A stretch of 63,555 bases of DNA, filler included, from Lenisia limosa (lineage: Eukaryota; Protista; Breviatea), in NCBI GenBank assembly GCA_001655205.1. It is 14 parts of 14 records of this genome, joined end to end, with 100 filler letters (N's around TTAATTAATTAA, not from the genome) between each part and the next. Parts side by side here need not be neighbours in the genome. Positions count along the whole stretch, not along the records: positions 22,035 to 28,776 come from LPNZ01003768.1; positions 28,877 to 34,400 come from LPNZ01007867.1; positions 34,501 to 38,404 come from LPNZ01009028.1; 11 more parts are not named here. One strand, written 5' to 3'. This document shows, in pieces, positions 25,101 through 36,512 of this stretch. Under the pieces are notes generated by a model. The model was not told the DNA's origin and ran no database searches. It saw only the letters and a program-made list of their open reading frames with translations. Position numbers and translations under genes: made by a program. Position 1 is the first letter of the stretch; the number at the start of each line of letters is the position of its first letter.

Positions 25101-25435
25101 GAGCCTGCGGCTTGACCCTTTCAAGCAAAAAGGCCAAGTTCATCTTTAAGAAGTACCTTCTCTTCGAGCAATCTCTTGGTTCGCCCCTCCTTACGTGGCA
25201 TTCTTGTCTTCCCCCTCCTCACGTGGCATTCTTGTCTTGCTTGTTGCTAATCTGCATACAGATTGTAGTTAGTTCTTTTTCACTTGTGCTTTTGCTAATC
25301 GTTACATAGCATGACTTTCCGTAAATATGATAATGCCCGTTGACTGGTCGAGTTTTCATCCCTCACGGTTCAGGGGACAAGGGTCAGCCTGACGTGGTGA
25401 AGGAACTAATTAACAACTACTTAGAGAAGATCTAG
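22111..25435 (+). CDS. RRP5: rRNA biogenesis protein Rrp5, acidic linker and C-terminal HAT/TPR region (5' S1-domain part missing at scaffold start)
   Basis: APETEADFERLLA, PNSSYLWVRYMAF, ARTVAQRAIEKI..RE...NVWVAWLNMECNFG, ATLEYRLGSPERGRNIFE, HPNRLDQWNVYLDAE, LSSKKAKFIFKKYLLFE, stop TAG. Confidence 0.9.
23255..23375. repeat. 38-bp tandem repeat, 3 copies, in an RRP5 intron
   Basis: ttcggcattattctggattggcgatatgcaatagtg.. repeated. Confidence 0.9.
24359..24433. mobile_element. Tc1/mariner-type MITE family B
   Basis: TA|cagcgaccgggatag...ggtcaagacttatcccagtcactg|TA. Confidence 0.8.
24618..24717. mobile_element. hAT-type MITE family A
   Basis: tagggctttacttcggttcg...cgaaccgaaatgaatcccta; flanks tgtatcat/ggtattat. 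Confidence 0.85.
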
Positions 25436-25572
25436 GGTGAAGGTATTTGTCTGTGTTTATGGTGTCTATGAGCAAAATATATTTCTTTGTGTTTCCTCTT
25501 ATTGCCAAGGGTCATCCCTTTGTTCTCTTATAACACCGCAATTTAGCATTAAAAACGCGATGAATAAGTATC

Positions 25573-26275
25573 CTATATTGTGTTTTGTGATTGTTTCTGT
25601 TTCGAAGTATTCTGCTCAGTCCCACTCGATTCTGAGGGCCCCAAACCAGCCTTGGTATGGAGCTGTAGTTCATTCAAATGCTGTTGATAGACATGAGCTT
25701 TACCTCCATGCACTCGCTCCTTCTGACTTTTACAGAACTTATTCCTCTGAAGATAGTTGACAATCAATCCTCCTTGGATGATAAAATGTATGGGGGGGGG
25801 GGGGGGNNNNNNNNNNNNNNNNNNNNNNNNNNNNNNNNNNNNNNNNNNNNNNNNNNNNNNNNNNNNNNNNNNNNNNNNNNNNNNNNNNNNAGTCGCATTG
25901 ACTTGCTGACGCCCTATGACCCATCTGTGCAGGGGTTCTTACCATGTTTTTACTGGCATTTATTCATGACGTGCCTCTTAAACTTTTTAATTCTTTCAGT
26001 TGAACGCTTAGTTTATAATCAATGTGACAAATGACTTTGTACTGACAAGAGTAACTAATCGTAAGCTCATACTATTGATAGAGAGTTAGGAGCGGGTAAA
26101 TGATATATTCGGTCCGCTTTTCAGTTCGAGTATAGTCATTTTATGGGATGATGAGAAGAGCACAGAACGATGGGCAGTCGCATTTACTTGCTGACGCCCT
26201 ATGACCCATCTGTGCAGGGGTTCTTACCATGTTTTTCTCCGCTCTTTCGATCTTATTGTGTGATCTTTTCTTACT
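25573..26275 (-). CDS. Possible small gene, unknown
   Basis: Exon KKRSHNKIERAEKNM|gtaag and terminal exon cag|RNKFCKSQKERVHGG...; weak support. Confidence 0.3.
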
Positions 26276-26668
26276 TTTTAGAAAAGACCTGGAGCCAACG
26301 TCTCACGCAATAAAGCTCTCGATCTATTTCAGGATTGGATTGTGTTCCAGCGGATTAAAGGAGAGGGTTGTTGTTAGTTCTTGTCATCTAGCAAGAACTC
26401 CGAGAGGCTTTCTTACAGATTATGTAATTATGTAATATTTATACTTCTCCTTACTCCTCCTCCTTGATGTGAAGCCCAGAAATAATAAAGCAACATGGTA
26501 CAGGAAAAGTGGCTAAGTCCGGAACCCCATGAAGCCATAACCACCAACCGAGGAAGCGCAAGCGGGCCGAGGAGGCGACATTTCGGAATTCGCAAAATAA
26601 TTTTCGGAGGAGAATTTACGTCTCTATCCCGATTGCCCATTGTTAAATAGCTAGTTCTACGTTAAAGA

Positions 26669-28474
26669 ATGACAAGTGACGCAGAGAAGACAAGAGTGGT
26701 GATTGATACAGACTGTGGTAGGCTTCTCTCTGGGCCTTCTAGGACTGCAGCTATTGGGATTGATGATATATGGAATGATTTCAATGATATAACTGAAGAT
26801 AGCACTTTATATCCCGACATTTCGCACAACATTGAGCCTACTTGAGCTTTGCTATTCGTATTATTTTAAGATACTTTACATTGCTGCATAACCTTTACTT
26901 ACAGTTTCTTTAATTTTTTGTAATAGAAGAACAGGGAACTTTACCTCCTGAAGCTTCTATTTGAGTTACAATCTAATATCGCTTTGACCAAATACGCCTT
27001 GGTCATTAATAGATTTAACCACCCAAGGAGTTGACGATGCTGTTGCCCTATTTTTAGCCCTGTTTTCGCCCAATATCGAGGTTCGCTGGTGTCCCCTCTT
27101 CTATTTTTTTTTTTATTTTTTTTGTCGTTGTTTTGAAACGTATTGATTGTTGTGCGTGCGGAGTTCAACCTTTTCCCATCTAGCTCACAGAAAGTTCCCT
27201 TTTTTCTGGTCTAAACTCCGAGACAGGTTGTTGGAATTACGTGCGTCAACGGAAACACCACTTTGGACAATGTTGTCGCGAATGTCAGAACTCTCCTTGC
27301 GGCCTGGGGCAAGTGAGGGGTACAGATGGGATAAAAAAGAGTGTGAACGACAATATTGAAAAATTTGCGTGTTGATGCAATGTTATCTCAATGTTATTTT
27401 AATGCTGTTTAAATATTCATCGGTACCTTAGTGTGTTGGTATCGAAATGAAGCCCAAAGGTGATTGAAAGAAGATTATTGACAATTTAGGAGCCATATTC
27501 CCGTGTTCTCTGGTGCTGACTCCCCTCTCGTTGAACCCAAACAAAACGCCTCAGAGTACCATGGCAAAGGTATTTGGGCATGTCATATAGTTTAATATAT
27601 CATATGATATACTAGTAGTATATACTACATATGATATCAATAAAGTATATACATGTATAATACATACGGTATCAGGATAACTTTCAAGGAACACAATGTT
27701 TGGGGAAGGGAGGGGGGTCTTTCAAGGAACACAATGTTGGGGCATGTTTTTTTTATAAATTTCCTAATTTTACCGCTGGAGTGATGGGATGCGGTGCTGC
27801 AGAAGCAACTGGCCTGGGCTTTGCTTGTTTTGTTGTTATCAACCCTTGTGTGTTGTCAGCCAACAGATTTCATAAATTTTCCTATTTACTCCCCCCCCCC
27901 CNNNNNNNNNNNNNNNNNNNNNNNNNNNNNNNNNNNNNNNNNNNNNNNNNNNNNNNNNNNNNNNNNNNNNNNNNNNNNNNNNNNNNNNNNGCGAGGGAGC
28001 TCCTATTAAAGTATGAAGGAGGAGTGTCTCGTATTCTGCGATATTTTGTCAGGCTTTCTTGGAATGAAATTTTCTTCTTATCAGGAAGGGCACATTTATT
28101 GACTAGGAAAAGTGCAATTATACTCTTTTTTGCTATTTTCATGATCGATAGTCCACGCAATTAGAATGATCCAGGCCACACAATTATTATGATCCAGGCC
28201 ACACAATTATAATGATTCTAGTCCACGCACGCTGCGTTCGCACTTTCAGAACTCTGCGCGAATGGCCAAGAAACCACTATCATTGCCCTGGGTGAGTTGG
28301 GGTAAATGGCTGTGTTGTTAAGTTGTCCTTTATACAAGGCAACATTATGTGTTCACCATCTTCACCATTCACTGTCTTCCCTCTTGTTTACCGTATTAGG
28401 ACCAATGACCAATGTTGCGTTGGCCATTAGGCTTGACGGCACTCTTTGCCAAAGAGCACACCTTGTCACAATGG
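26669..28474 (+). CDS. Inosine/uridine-preferring nucleoside hydrolase, 5' half (cut by join at 28821)
   Basis: MTSDAEKTRVVIDTDC|GVDDAVALFLAL (DTDxGxDD motif), GITCVNGNT, IPVFSGADSPL, YHGK, IIALGPMTNVALA. Confidence 0.9.
27755..27901 (+). repeat. Family C (C1) copy running into poly-C at the edge of a gap where the next hydrolase exon is expected
   Basis: gctggagtgatgggatgcggtgctgcagaagcaactggcctgggc...ttcataaattttcctatttactccccccc. Confidence 0.85.
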
Positions 28475-28907
28475 GTAGGCCTATTTCCCTAGACCATGGT
28501 CTTGATCTTTTCATGAACGTAATGCTTAGGCTTCTTGCTGATAAAAGGACCTGCTATCAACACTAATTATCAATTTGCCTGAACAATATGTTTTCCGGAA
28601 GGCTCTTGATACTTCGGTTCCTGATAAGCAGTGTGAAGTATACACAAAATAACATTGCATATGATTGTCTCTTGTCTATCAACTATTTTACCCATTTTAC
28701 GCCCCCCCCCCTTCCCATCGAGCGGTGGTGGGACTCTTCAAAGGCTGGCTCGGGCTTGTTTTTGTTTTTGTGTTTTNNNNNNNNNNNNNNNNNNNNNNNN
28801 NNNNNNNNNNNNNNNNNNNNTTAATTAATTAANNNNNNNNNNNNNNNNNNNNNNNNNNNNNNNNNNNNNNNNNNNNCTTTCCCCTTATCCACTCTCATTC
28901 TCCTTAG

Positions 28908-31457
28908 ACCAAGAAGAGTCCCTGGAGACGCCCCCAAAGGGACATGTCCTTACCACAAAGACTGCATTGAAGGACTTGTGGCCGCGGGTGGCCTGGCAGA
29001 AGTGAGAGAGAGAGGGGGGTGGTTTTAGGGTTGTAGGTTTTTACTAATTATAAATAGCTTCACTCCAGACCCCATGACCCCATAGAGTATATCAAGTGTA
29101 TACCACCAGCTAAGCTGGTGACCCCCCCCCCCCNNNNNNNNNNNNNNNNNNNNNNNNNNNNNNNNNNNNNNNNNNNNNNNNNNNNNNNNNNNNNNNNNNN
29201 NNNNNNNNNNNNNNNNNNNNNNNNNNNNNNNNNNNNNNNNNNNNNNNNNNNNNNNNNNNNNNNNNNNNNNNNNNNNNNNNNNNNNNNNNNNNNNNNNNNN
29301 AGCTTGAGCTTTCCATATAAAATCATCATACACCCTATTCCCTTTTGTTTTCGAAAGTTATTTCTATCTTAATCAAAGGATGAAACGCCTATTTCATATA
29401 TTGTTGGGTCAAAACCAAATTAAGTGCCTGAGCTCTCTGGTTATCCGGGAGTTTTGATGTCCGGAGCTTTGAGGCCCTACATATAATAAACTACATGTAT
29501 ATTGGACGACCGCCCTGAGGGGAGTAGGCTAATGCAATTAGGGCTTCTCTTTGGGAAACATTTCGAAATATATCGAGTATCGAGTATATAGAAGTCCTAA
29601 TTAAATAGCTTAAAACATTTTTTTCATGATTGTGATCTATTTCAGATATTAAAATACAATGGTATGTTTGACATTGCTTCCTATTTATTTTACTATATCC
29701 TTGGCACAGAGTTCTGCGGCAAATGGGTAGTGTGGGGGGGGGGGGTAACANNNNNNNNNNNNNNNNNNNNNNNNNNNNNNNNNNNNNNNNNNNNNNNNNN
29801 NNCAGTTACCACTTTGCTTTGTTTCTCATCACCATACATAGAGATCATAGTAGTATATCATATGATATATACATGTTTTGCTTTATTGACGTTCACAGCA
29901 TACATACATACATATTTTGATTTATTGACGTTCACAGAGGTTCGAAGTGACTCCAGATAAACTATCGACAGTTCCGGACAACCACGAGGGATGGATTGTC
30001 GTCGCCGATTACATAGCACAGGTAGGATTGAAACATAATGGAACCTCTTAATTAATTTATTGGGGAAACTAATCTTCCAAATGTGTAAATAATGATGTTT
30101 GCTATTTGGGTATTGTTGAAGGGGACAAAAATGTCTTTTTAAAAACTATCAGCACTTCTTGATAGCATCTTTTGTTCTAGATTCTCCTGAAGTACAGTGA
30201 CCTGGAAAGTCTTGACCGGTTTGCAATATGATTATTTCCCAGGAACACAGGTCAAGACTTATCCAGGTCAGTGTTTATACTACTTGTAATCTAGTTAATA
30301 CCAATCTGGATTTTTATGGAGTGCTTTGATACTATTTCTTATCTATTCAATATGCACGCGATCTGTAAATCCTGACAGGACTTACAGTGACAGGGATAAG
30401 TCTTGACCGATGTGATATATGATTTCCCAAGGAGAATCGGTTAAGTCTTATCCCGGTTATTGGATATCGCCGTCACTGTATTGTTTATCTGATATTGTTT
30501 AGCTATGTGTTAACTTGTGCCTCATGGTGTCGCCCAAAGCAATTTACCTGGGTGGTGGTATAATGAAGTTGGTGGGGGAAGTTCACCCAAAACTGCTGTT
30601 TTTTAACAAAAAAAAAAAAAAAAAAAANNNNNNNNNNNNNNNNNNNNNNNNNNNNNNNNNNNNNNNNNNNNNNNNNNNNNNNNNNNNNNNNNNNNCTCAG
30701 AATCAACTAATATTACTCAAAAATGCAACTAATACAGCTAATACAACAGACAAAAAGTGTTACTCCCGCTCATCACCTTTGCTTTCATGGGCACTATTAT
30801 GTCGTATCCCAATATCAACTCGGTGGAGAAGAAAGGTTTGTGGACTTTTTTTTTTTGTTGTTTTTTTTATTATTATTTTTTATTTTCTTTTTTCTTTTCT
30901 GTGCATTTATCATATTTGTTACAGTTCACTCATCAGTCATTTTGTTATTGTTAGGTCCCAATTCAATTAATTCTTTCCATAAAAGTAATTGATATAATTT
31001 GAAATTAAGTGGCTGAATTGGATTTCCCATTTCAATTTCTTCCAATTTTACAATTCATTTTTCAATTCATTTCAAGGGGTCTTAGTTATTATTATAATCC
31101 TACTCTAACTGTTCAGCCCTCCTCAATCAAGAGTTCCTGGTGCTAGCTGAAACTGACAGCGGTTTGCTGGAGAACTTATTACGACAGTATTTCTTGACAT
31201 ATAAATACCAATACTATCAAAACTGGGTTGAGTTTCTGATAGCTCTTTAAACTCCAGCATCTTAAAAAATATAAAAATCCTTCAATGTCTTATTTCATTC
31301 ATATTCATAGTTCGGCTTCCCTAAATATCACAATATTGATATTTTGAGGAATTATAGAGAAATTTGAGTTTTTTGGGACATGCATGAAGTGTATTGTTTT
31401 TATTTTCCAGGTTTAACCGGGGCTTACAAGCTTGCTGAAGCTGCTGAAGAGAACTAG
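28908..31457 (+). CDS. ROK-family fructokinase (ScrK/YdhR-like), 3' half, intron-containing
   Basis: PRRVPGDAPKGTCPYHKDCIEGLVAAGGLAE|RFEV...WIVVADYIAQ|LCVNLCLMVSPKAIYLGGGIMK|QKVLLPLI...|GLTGAYKLAEAAEEN*; zinc-site motif GxCPYHxDCxEG and GGGxM typical of ROK fructokinases. Confidence 0.8.
30195..30273. mobile_element. Tc1/mariner-type MITE family B
   Basis: TA|cagtgacctggaaagtcttgacc...ggtcaagacttatccaggtcagtg. Confidence 0.8.
30385..30478. mobile_element. Tc1/mariner-type MITE family B
   Basis: TA|cagtgacagggataagtcttgaccgat...atcggttaagtcttatcccgg...gtcactg|TA. Confidence 0.8.
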
Positions 31458-31933
31458 GGGTTTTGTGTGACTATGAAACTGCAGTTTATTTATTTATGTT
31501 TTTTTTTGTTTTCACTGATTCGTAGCCAATTATTTCGTAGGCTTGTCAACTTGCGTGGTTTCGTCTCTATAGCCCATTTTGCATAAGTAACATTTTATTA
31601 CATTTTCCAGCAATATCAAAACAGAAGAATAATTAGAACAATAAGAAAGCAGTCTGCAATCCAGACATATAATAGTGAGAATTTAAACCTCCTCTTCGGC
31701 AAAGGTATCAGGGGGGTAGTCTTCAATGGCAACCCTGGAATGTTATTCAAAAGCAAGATTACTGCACAATAGATTTTTAAATAACTAAAACACTTATCAT
31801 TTTATTTCAACTGATTCCTTGATTAAAAAAAAAAGGCTATATTAACCCTCGATTCAGATTCCCAAGGTGCTATCGATATATCCATATAATTATTGATTGC
31901 TCAGAAGAAAAAAAAAAGGCTATTTGACCACGC

Positions 31934-34324
31934 TCACTCTTCCATAGCAGTCTCAAAGGAGGAGTTCTACAACCGTTAGTTTGACAAGAGACCATTTTTA
32001 AACAGGTGGGAAGTCTTTAGTGAGTGAATGATCAGTTATAAAGATATCTTATCGGAGTGGTCATTTTGAAATAGATAGGATCAAATCTTTGAACGTGAAT
32101 AAAAAATCTTTTTCTGTAACCAAAAGGCAGTCTCAATGATAGAATTAGAGGAAGAAGTGAGAGGGCTTTCAGTATAATCAATCATCATTGCCAAATACTC
32201 CTCTTTTCATATTTTTCAAAAATAAAAAAATCACAAAAGATAAAAAAAAAAAACATTCATAAAAAAAACGACTCAATCCATCCCACTGAGAAGCTTGACT
32301 CAGATTGACCCATCTTCTTCTTCTTGACGTGTTTCTTCAGCCTCTTGCCGCTGTGGCGGATCTCCATCAGAATCACTCCCACGAAAAAGGCAATATTGAG
32401 GAAGATAATGCCAAGAGCTATATTGGTGAGATCCTTCGAAAATCTTTGAAAATATCATGACTTTCTATATGATATATGATAGATATGGTAGTTTATTGGA
32501 CGCCAGTCCCAAATATGATAGTTGCCCATTTGCACTGACTTAATATGGTCATGGTTTTCATGAGGGAAGAGTCATCTTCGGTTGAAAGGAAGACCTAAAT
32601 AATGAGGGAGAATGCACAAAGTAGTGAAGAGGCATTCACAAAATATACAGTGACCGGGATAAGTCTTGACCGATTTGCTACAGAATTTTCCAAGGAAAAT
32701 CGTTCAAGACTAACCCCGGTCACTGTACATACAACCGAATTTCGAGTGTCGGTGAGCTATCATATGAGTTTTCATAACACTGTGTGGAAAATGACAGTTC
32801 AAACGTGTTTAAACGATCCAAAAAGTGCTATGCTAAGGGCTTCCCACGGCTAAAAGAACCGTAACCGCAACTCAATTTTCAAAATTTGTGAATCGGAAAA
32901 TAGATCGGTTCTGGTTAACCCGAACCGGGAGTGGAGCATTCATACCTCGTCCGAATAATTAATTGAAAAAAATTGCAAAATAGAATTGGGACATAGTGTA
33001 ACAAGAACCCCTTTTCAGACACTTTAATTTTTAATTTTGTCACATTAATTGTACGGAGCCCTGTTTAATACCCACCAATCCAAAAACGAGGGTCAGCGAT
33101 GAGGTCACAAGTGAGACGGTTTCGAGGGTATTCAGACTACAAATATGAGAAAGGACAAGGTAAATTCAGCAAATAGCGGAATTAGTAAGGTACAATAATG
33201 CCATCAGGAAATTACCCTCCCACCCNNNNNNNNNNNNNNNNNNNNNNNNNNNNNNNNNNNNNNNNNNNNNNNNNNNNNNNNNNNNNNNNNNNNNNNNNNN
33301 NNNNNNNNNNNNNNTTTGTTTTTCCAAATTCAAAGAAAGTTACCTCCCCCCGCCACATCGTAACATTACCGCCCAAACCGGACATCAACATTACCCCCAC
33401 CCACCTTGGCATGACGAAGGGGTGGCATCGATTGTTGGCCAGTAGACAGACCTTCATAATGAGTATACTATATCTATCTATCTATCTACATGTATATATC
33501 TATCTATATATTATATATATTAAATATCTATAGAGTAATTCATTTACAACAGTAGGAACATACAACCGTATTTCTCATTGCTATCGATATATACAGTATA
33601 CTGTGACTGGGATAATTTTTGACCTGTTTTTCTTGGAAATCCCAAGATTTTCCAGGCCACTGTATATATATCATATGATGTATATTTTTATATAAATATG
33701 ATATACATATCATATCATGTTATATTATATGTAGGTTCGACTGTTGGCCAGCAGGACGTTCAAAATGAGGAAGGGGGTTTGTGAAAAATATCAGAAGAAA
33801 ATTTCTTGAAAAGCTGGAGCAAAAGACGTATTTTGCTTAGATTATCTATTCCACCCCCCCCCCCCAACCTNNNNNNNNNNNNNNNNNNNNNNNNNNNNNN
33901 NNNNNNNNNNNNNNNNNNNNNNNNNNNNNNNNNNNNNNNNNNNNNNNNNNNNNNNNGAGGAATAAAATTGAAGAAAGTAACAGAGGATTCAGAGTAATCA
34001 AACAAATAAGTGATTAAATTAATGTGAGTAATAACTTTAATCAAAGAAATTCATCAAAGCAATAAAAGTAATCAAATAAATTAAAGTAATCAAAGCAATA
34101 AAAGTAATCAAATAAATTTAAATAATTAAAAGCATCGATAATTTTCAAGAATTTCCACAAAGGGCGCACCAAACAAACGTTTATAAAGTATATCGATATT
34201 ATTGATGAAAAATTACGTATATATTTTCTAGGACATCCACAAACCTCGGGTAGTTGGTGAGGAACACGAAGCAAATGACAACGCCGAGCTTGCGCGCCAG
34301 AACTGTCAGTTCCCAGAACCAGAA
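31934..34324 (-). CDS. Multipass membrane protein, TRP-C-like C-terminal domain (5' part missing)
   Basis: FWFWELTVLARKLGVVICFVF, HPFVMPSLNTLETVSLVTSSLTL, ALGIIFLNIAFFVGVILME followed by a basic tail; W-E..RKL and PF....N.LE..SL motifs of the protist TRP-C-like family. Confidence 0.65.
32648..32725. mobile_element. Tc1/mariner-type MITE family B, best-preserved copy
   Basis: TA|cagtgaccgggataagtcttgaccgat...atcgttcaagactaaccccggtcactg|TA. Confidence 0.9.
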
Positions 34325-34548
34325 CTCGGGGAAATATCGAGAATAAATGAAGCCGTATCTGGGGGTAGGAGGAGGTAAAGTGAATGTTGGAATGTTCTTA
34401 NNNNNNNNNNNNNNNNNNNNNNNNNNNNNNNNNNNNNNNNNNNNTTAATTAATTAANNNNNNNNNNNNNNNNNNNNNNNNNNNNNNNNNNNNNNNNNNNN
34501 AACACCCCCTAGAGGTATATAATATAATATGATAATATGACATATTAA

Positions 34549-34684
34549 TAGGGCTCCGTGCAATAAATTGAAAAAATATTTGCAAAATTTGAAGTGGACT
34601 GTATTATAACCAGAACCCCTTTTCTGACACTTTAATTTCAAAGTTAATTTTATTTCCTCAAAAATTAAACTGCACAGAGCCCTA
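34549..34684. mobile_element. hAT-type MITE family F
   Basis: tagggctccgtgcaat...ctgcacagagcccta; flanks catattaa/aatattag; partial copies near 8060-8160, 8745-8850, 9770-9840, 33000-33062. Confidence 0.75.
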
Positions 34685-34721
34685 AATATTAGTTATAACC
34701 CCCCCCCCCCATCCAGCCCAC

Positions 34722-35857
34722 CCGGCTCGTTGAAGGCGATATGGCCGTCATTACCCACGCCGCCGAGAAAGAGGTCAATTCCGCCAAACTAAAAAAATAA
34801 CAATTGGGGGGGGGGGGGTNNNNNNNNNNNNNNNNNNNNNNNNNNNNNNNNNNNNNNNNNNNNNNNNNNNNNNNNNNNNNNNNNNNNNNNNNNNNNNNNN
34901 NNNNNNNACATGAGGTTTGATACAACAAAACAACCAAAGCCCAGGCCAGCGCTTCTCATTGGGTGAAACTGAAATTTCCTCCGTCCCTCCTTTCCCTTCC
35001 CTCCCCACGTATTTAATTTTGGCTTCATAATCCGCGCACTCCTTCTCCAAATCCTCAGCGTTTCCATTGAGAATGTGCACGTGATCCTTGATAACTGAAA
35101 TGAAGGGTCAGAGAGCAAAATAAAATACATAGTATAAATCCATACTTTGTAATATGAGCAACAAAGGAGTGTGCTACAAATAGAGACGCGAAAAAGGTAG
35201 TATTTTGACGAAGCAGTTCAATTCAAAAATTAAGATAAGATCCTTGATAACTAAAGAGTAGGGCTTCCCTACGGTCCGAAAAAGACCGGTAAAATATCGA
35301 TATTTATCGAGGATTTATGGAGAAATTCAGTCTTTTTTGGGACCGAAGGGAAGCCCTACTAAAGAAAAGACGAGCCCTCGCCACATGTTTTCTTTCAAAA
35401 AAATGCCCACAAACTATCAATATGATCGAAAAGATGCCTAGCCATAAAGGCATGGTAGCTCTCAGGATGGTCTTCGGAAAGATGGCAGTATTCGTCCATG
35501 TTGAAAGTTACCACCTAAAGGATGAGACGATGCCACGACTGCTTAGGTGAATATGGTACACTATTGTCCAATATATTGATGGTGTGAACGGCTTCAGTCA
35601 AAAAATAGTCATACCTCCTAGAAACATGACGGTATGAACCAGTGCTATTGTGAATGAATTCACCCACCCACTCATCATCTACATAATATTGATGTGATAT
35701 GCAAATAACCCCTATGATTAAATAGATTTATATTTCCCTGGATTATATTAGATATTCGCAAGAAACACTGGTACAAAACCGCCCACATGCTTGAAGGACA
35801 GTTTGCCTTCCTTGTGCATCTTGACCATTTCAACGTAGGTCGCGACCGGAGTCCCTC
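34722..35857 (-). CDS. GNPDA: Glucosamine-6-phosphate deaminase (NagB/GNPDA), partial
   Basis: [24 protein letters not shown]|[31 protein letters not shown]|[22 protein letters not shown]|[23 protein letters not shown]; an upstream exon probably lies in gap 36157-36259; 3' end lost at join 34445. Confidence 0.92.
35259..35358. mobile_element. hAT-type MITE family A
   Basis: tagggcttccctacggtcc...ggaccgaagggaagcccta; flanks ctaaagag/ctaaagaa. Confidence 0.9.
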
Positions 35858-36044
35858 CTAAGGCCAAGTCAGATGCATCCCTATAATATATCTTGTTGTA
35901 TGATATACTTCAAAGTCAAATTCATCCCAAGATAATGTAATAAAATATCTCTTTATTATACACTACATATGATATATTAGTATATGATATACTATATACA
36001 AGATAAATTAACTGTATTAGATGTAGTATGTACTATATCCGACT

Positions 36045-36156
36045 GGTCTAGGCTTTGTTTGTTTTACTGTTATCAACCCTTGTGTGTTGTCAGCCAACAG
36101 AGTTGATTTAGGCTTTTTTTGTTTCATAAATTTCCAATTTTACACCCCCCCCCCCC
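36045..36156 (+). repeat. Family C (C1) copy antisense to GNPDA
   Basis: gactggtctaggctttgtttg...ttcataaatttccaattttacacccccccc. Confidence 0.85.
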
Positions 36157-36512
36157 NNNNNNNNNNNNNNNNNNNNNNNNNNNNNNNNNNNNNNNNNNNN
36201 NNNNNNNNNNNNNNNNNNNNNNNNNNNNNNNNNNNNNNNNNNNNNNNNNNNNNNNNNNNGCTGGAGGGTAAGAGGGAATTGAGTGGGTAAAACGAAGGAA
36301 ATACTAAACAAACGAATAATCGGAAACTTCAAACAACATATGACCGACTTGAGAGTTGAAATGATAACACGAGGGTTCATCCCGAGTGTATCAGAGTATC
36401 ATTGAGACTTTTTAGTCAATTATCATCTGAGTGGATATATATCCACTGTGTGGTAAATGATAATTCACACGATGGAAAAGAGATATGATGAACAAGTGAT
36501 CAAAACACGAGG

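Noticed and set aside
22111-25435. RRP5 lacking S1 domains
   Set aside because: The scaffold starts mid-gene at the 21979 linker; the absence is an assembly effect.
29712-29728. Micro-exon EFCGKW before a G-run
   Set aside because: Flanking fructokinase exons join in phase and align without it; it is probably a cryptic site, although the gap at 29134-29300 is unseen.
26669-35857. Apparent sugar/nucleoside salvage cluster (nucleoside hydrolase, fructokinase, GNPDA)
   Set aside because: The three genes sit on different scaffolds separated by artificial linkers at 28821 and 34445, and each is truncated there.
36345-36380. MNPRVIISTL as the GNPDA start exon, which would make the next 85-nt intron a whole family C element
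   Set aside because: The same bases resemble family C itself (aaccctcgtgttatc) and a motif at ~2183, so the start cannot be trusted without cDNA.
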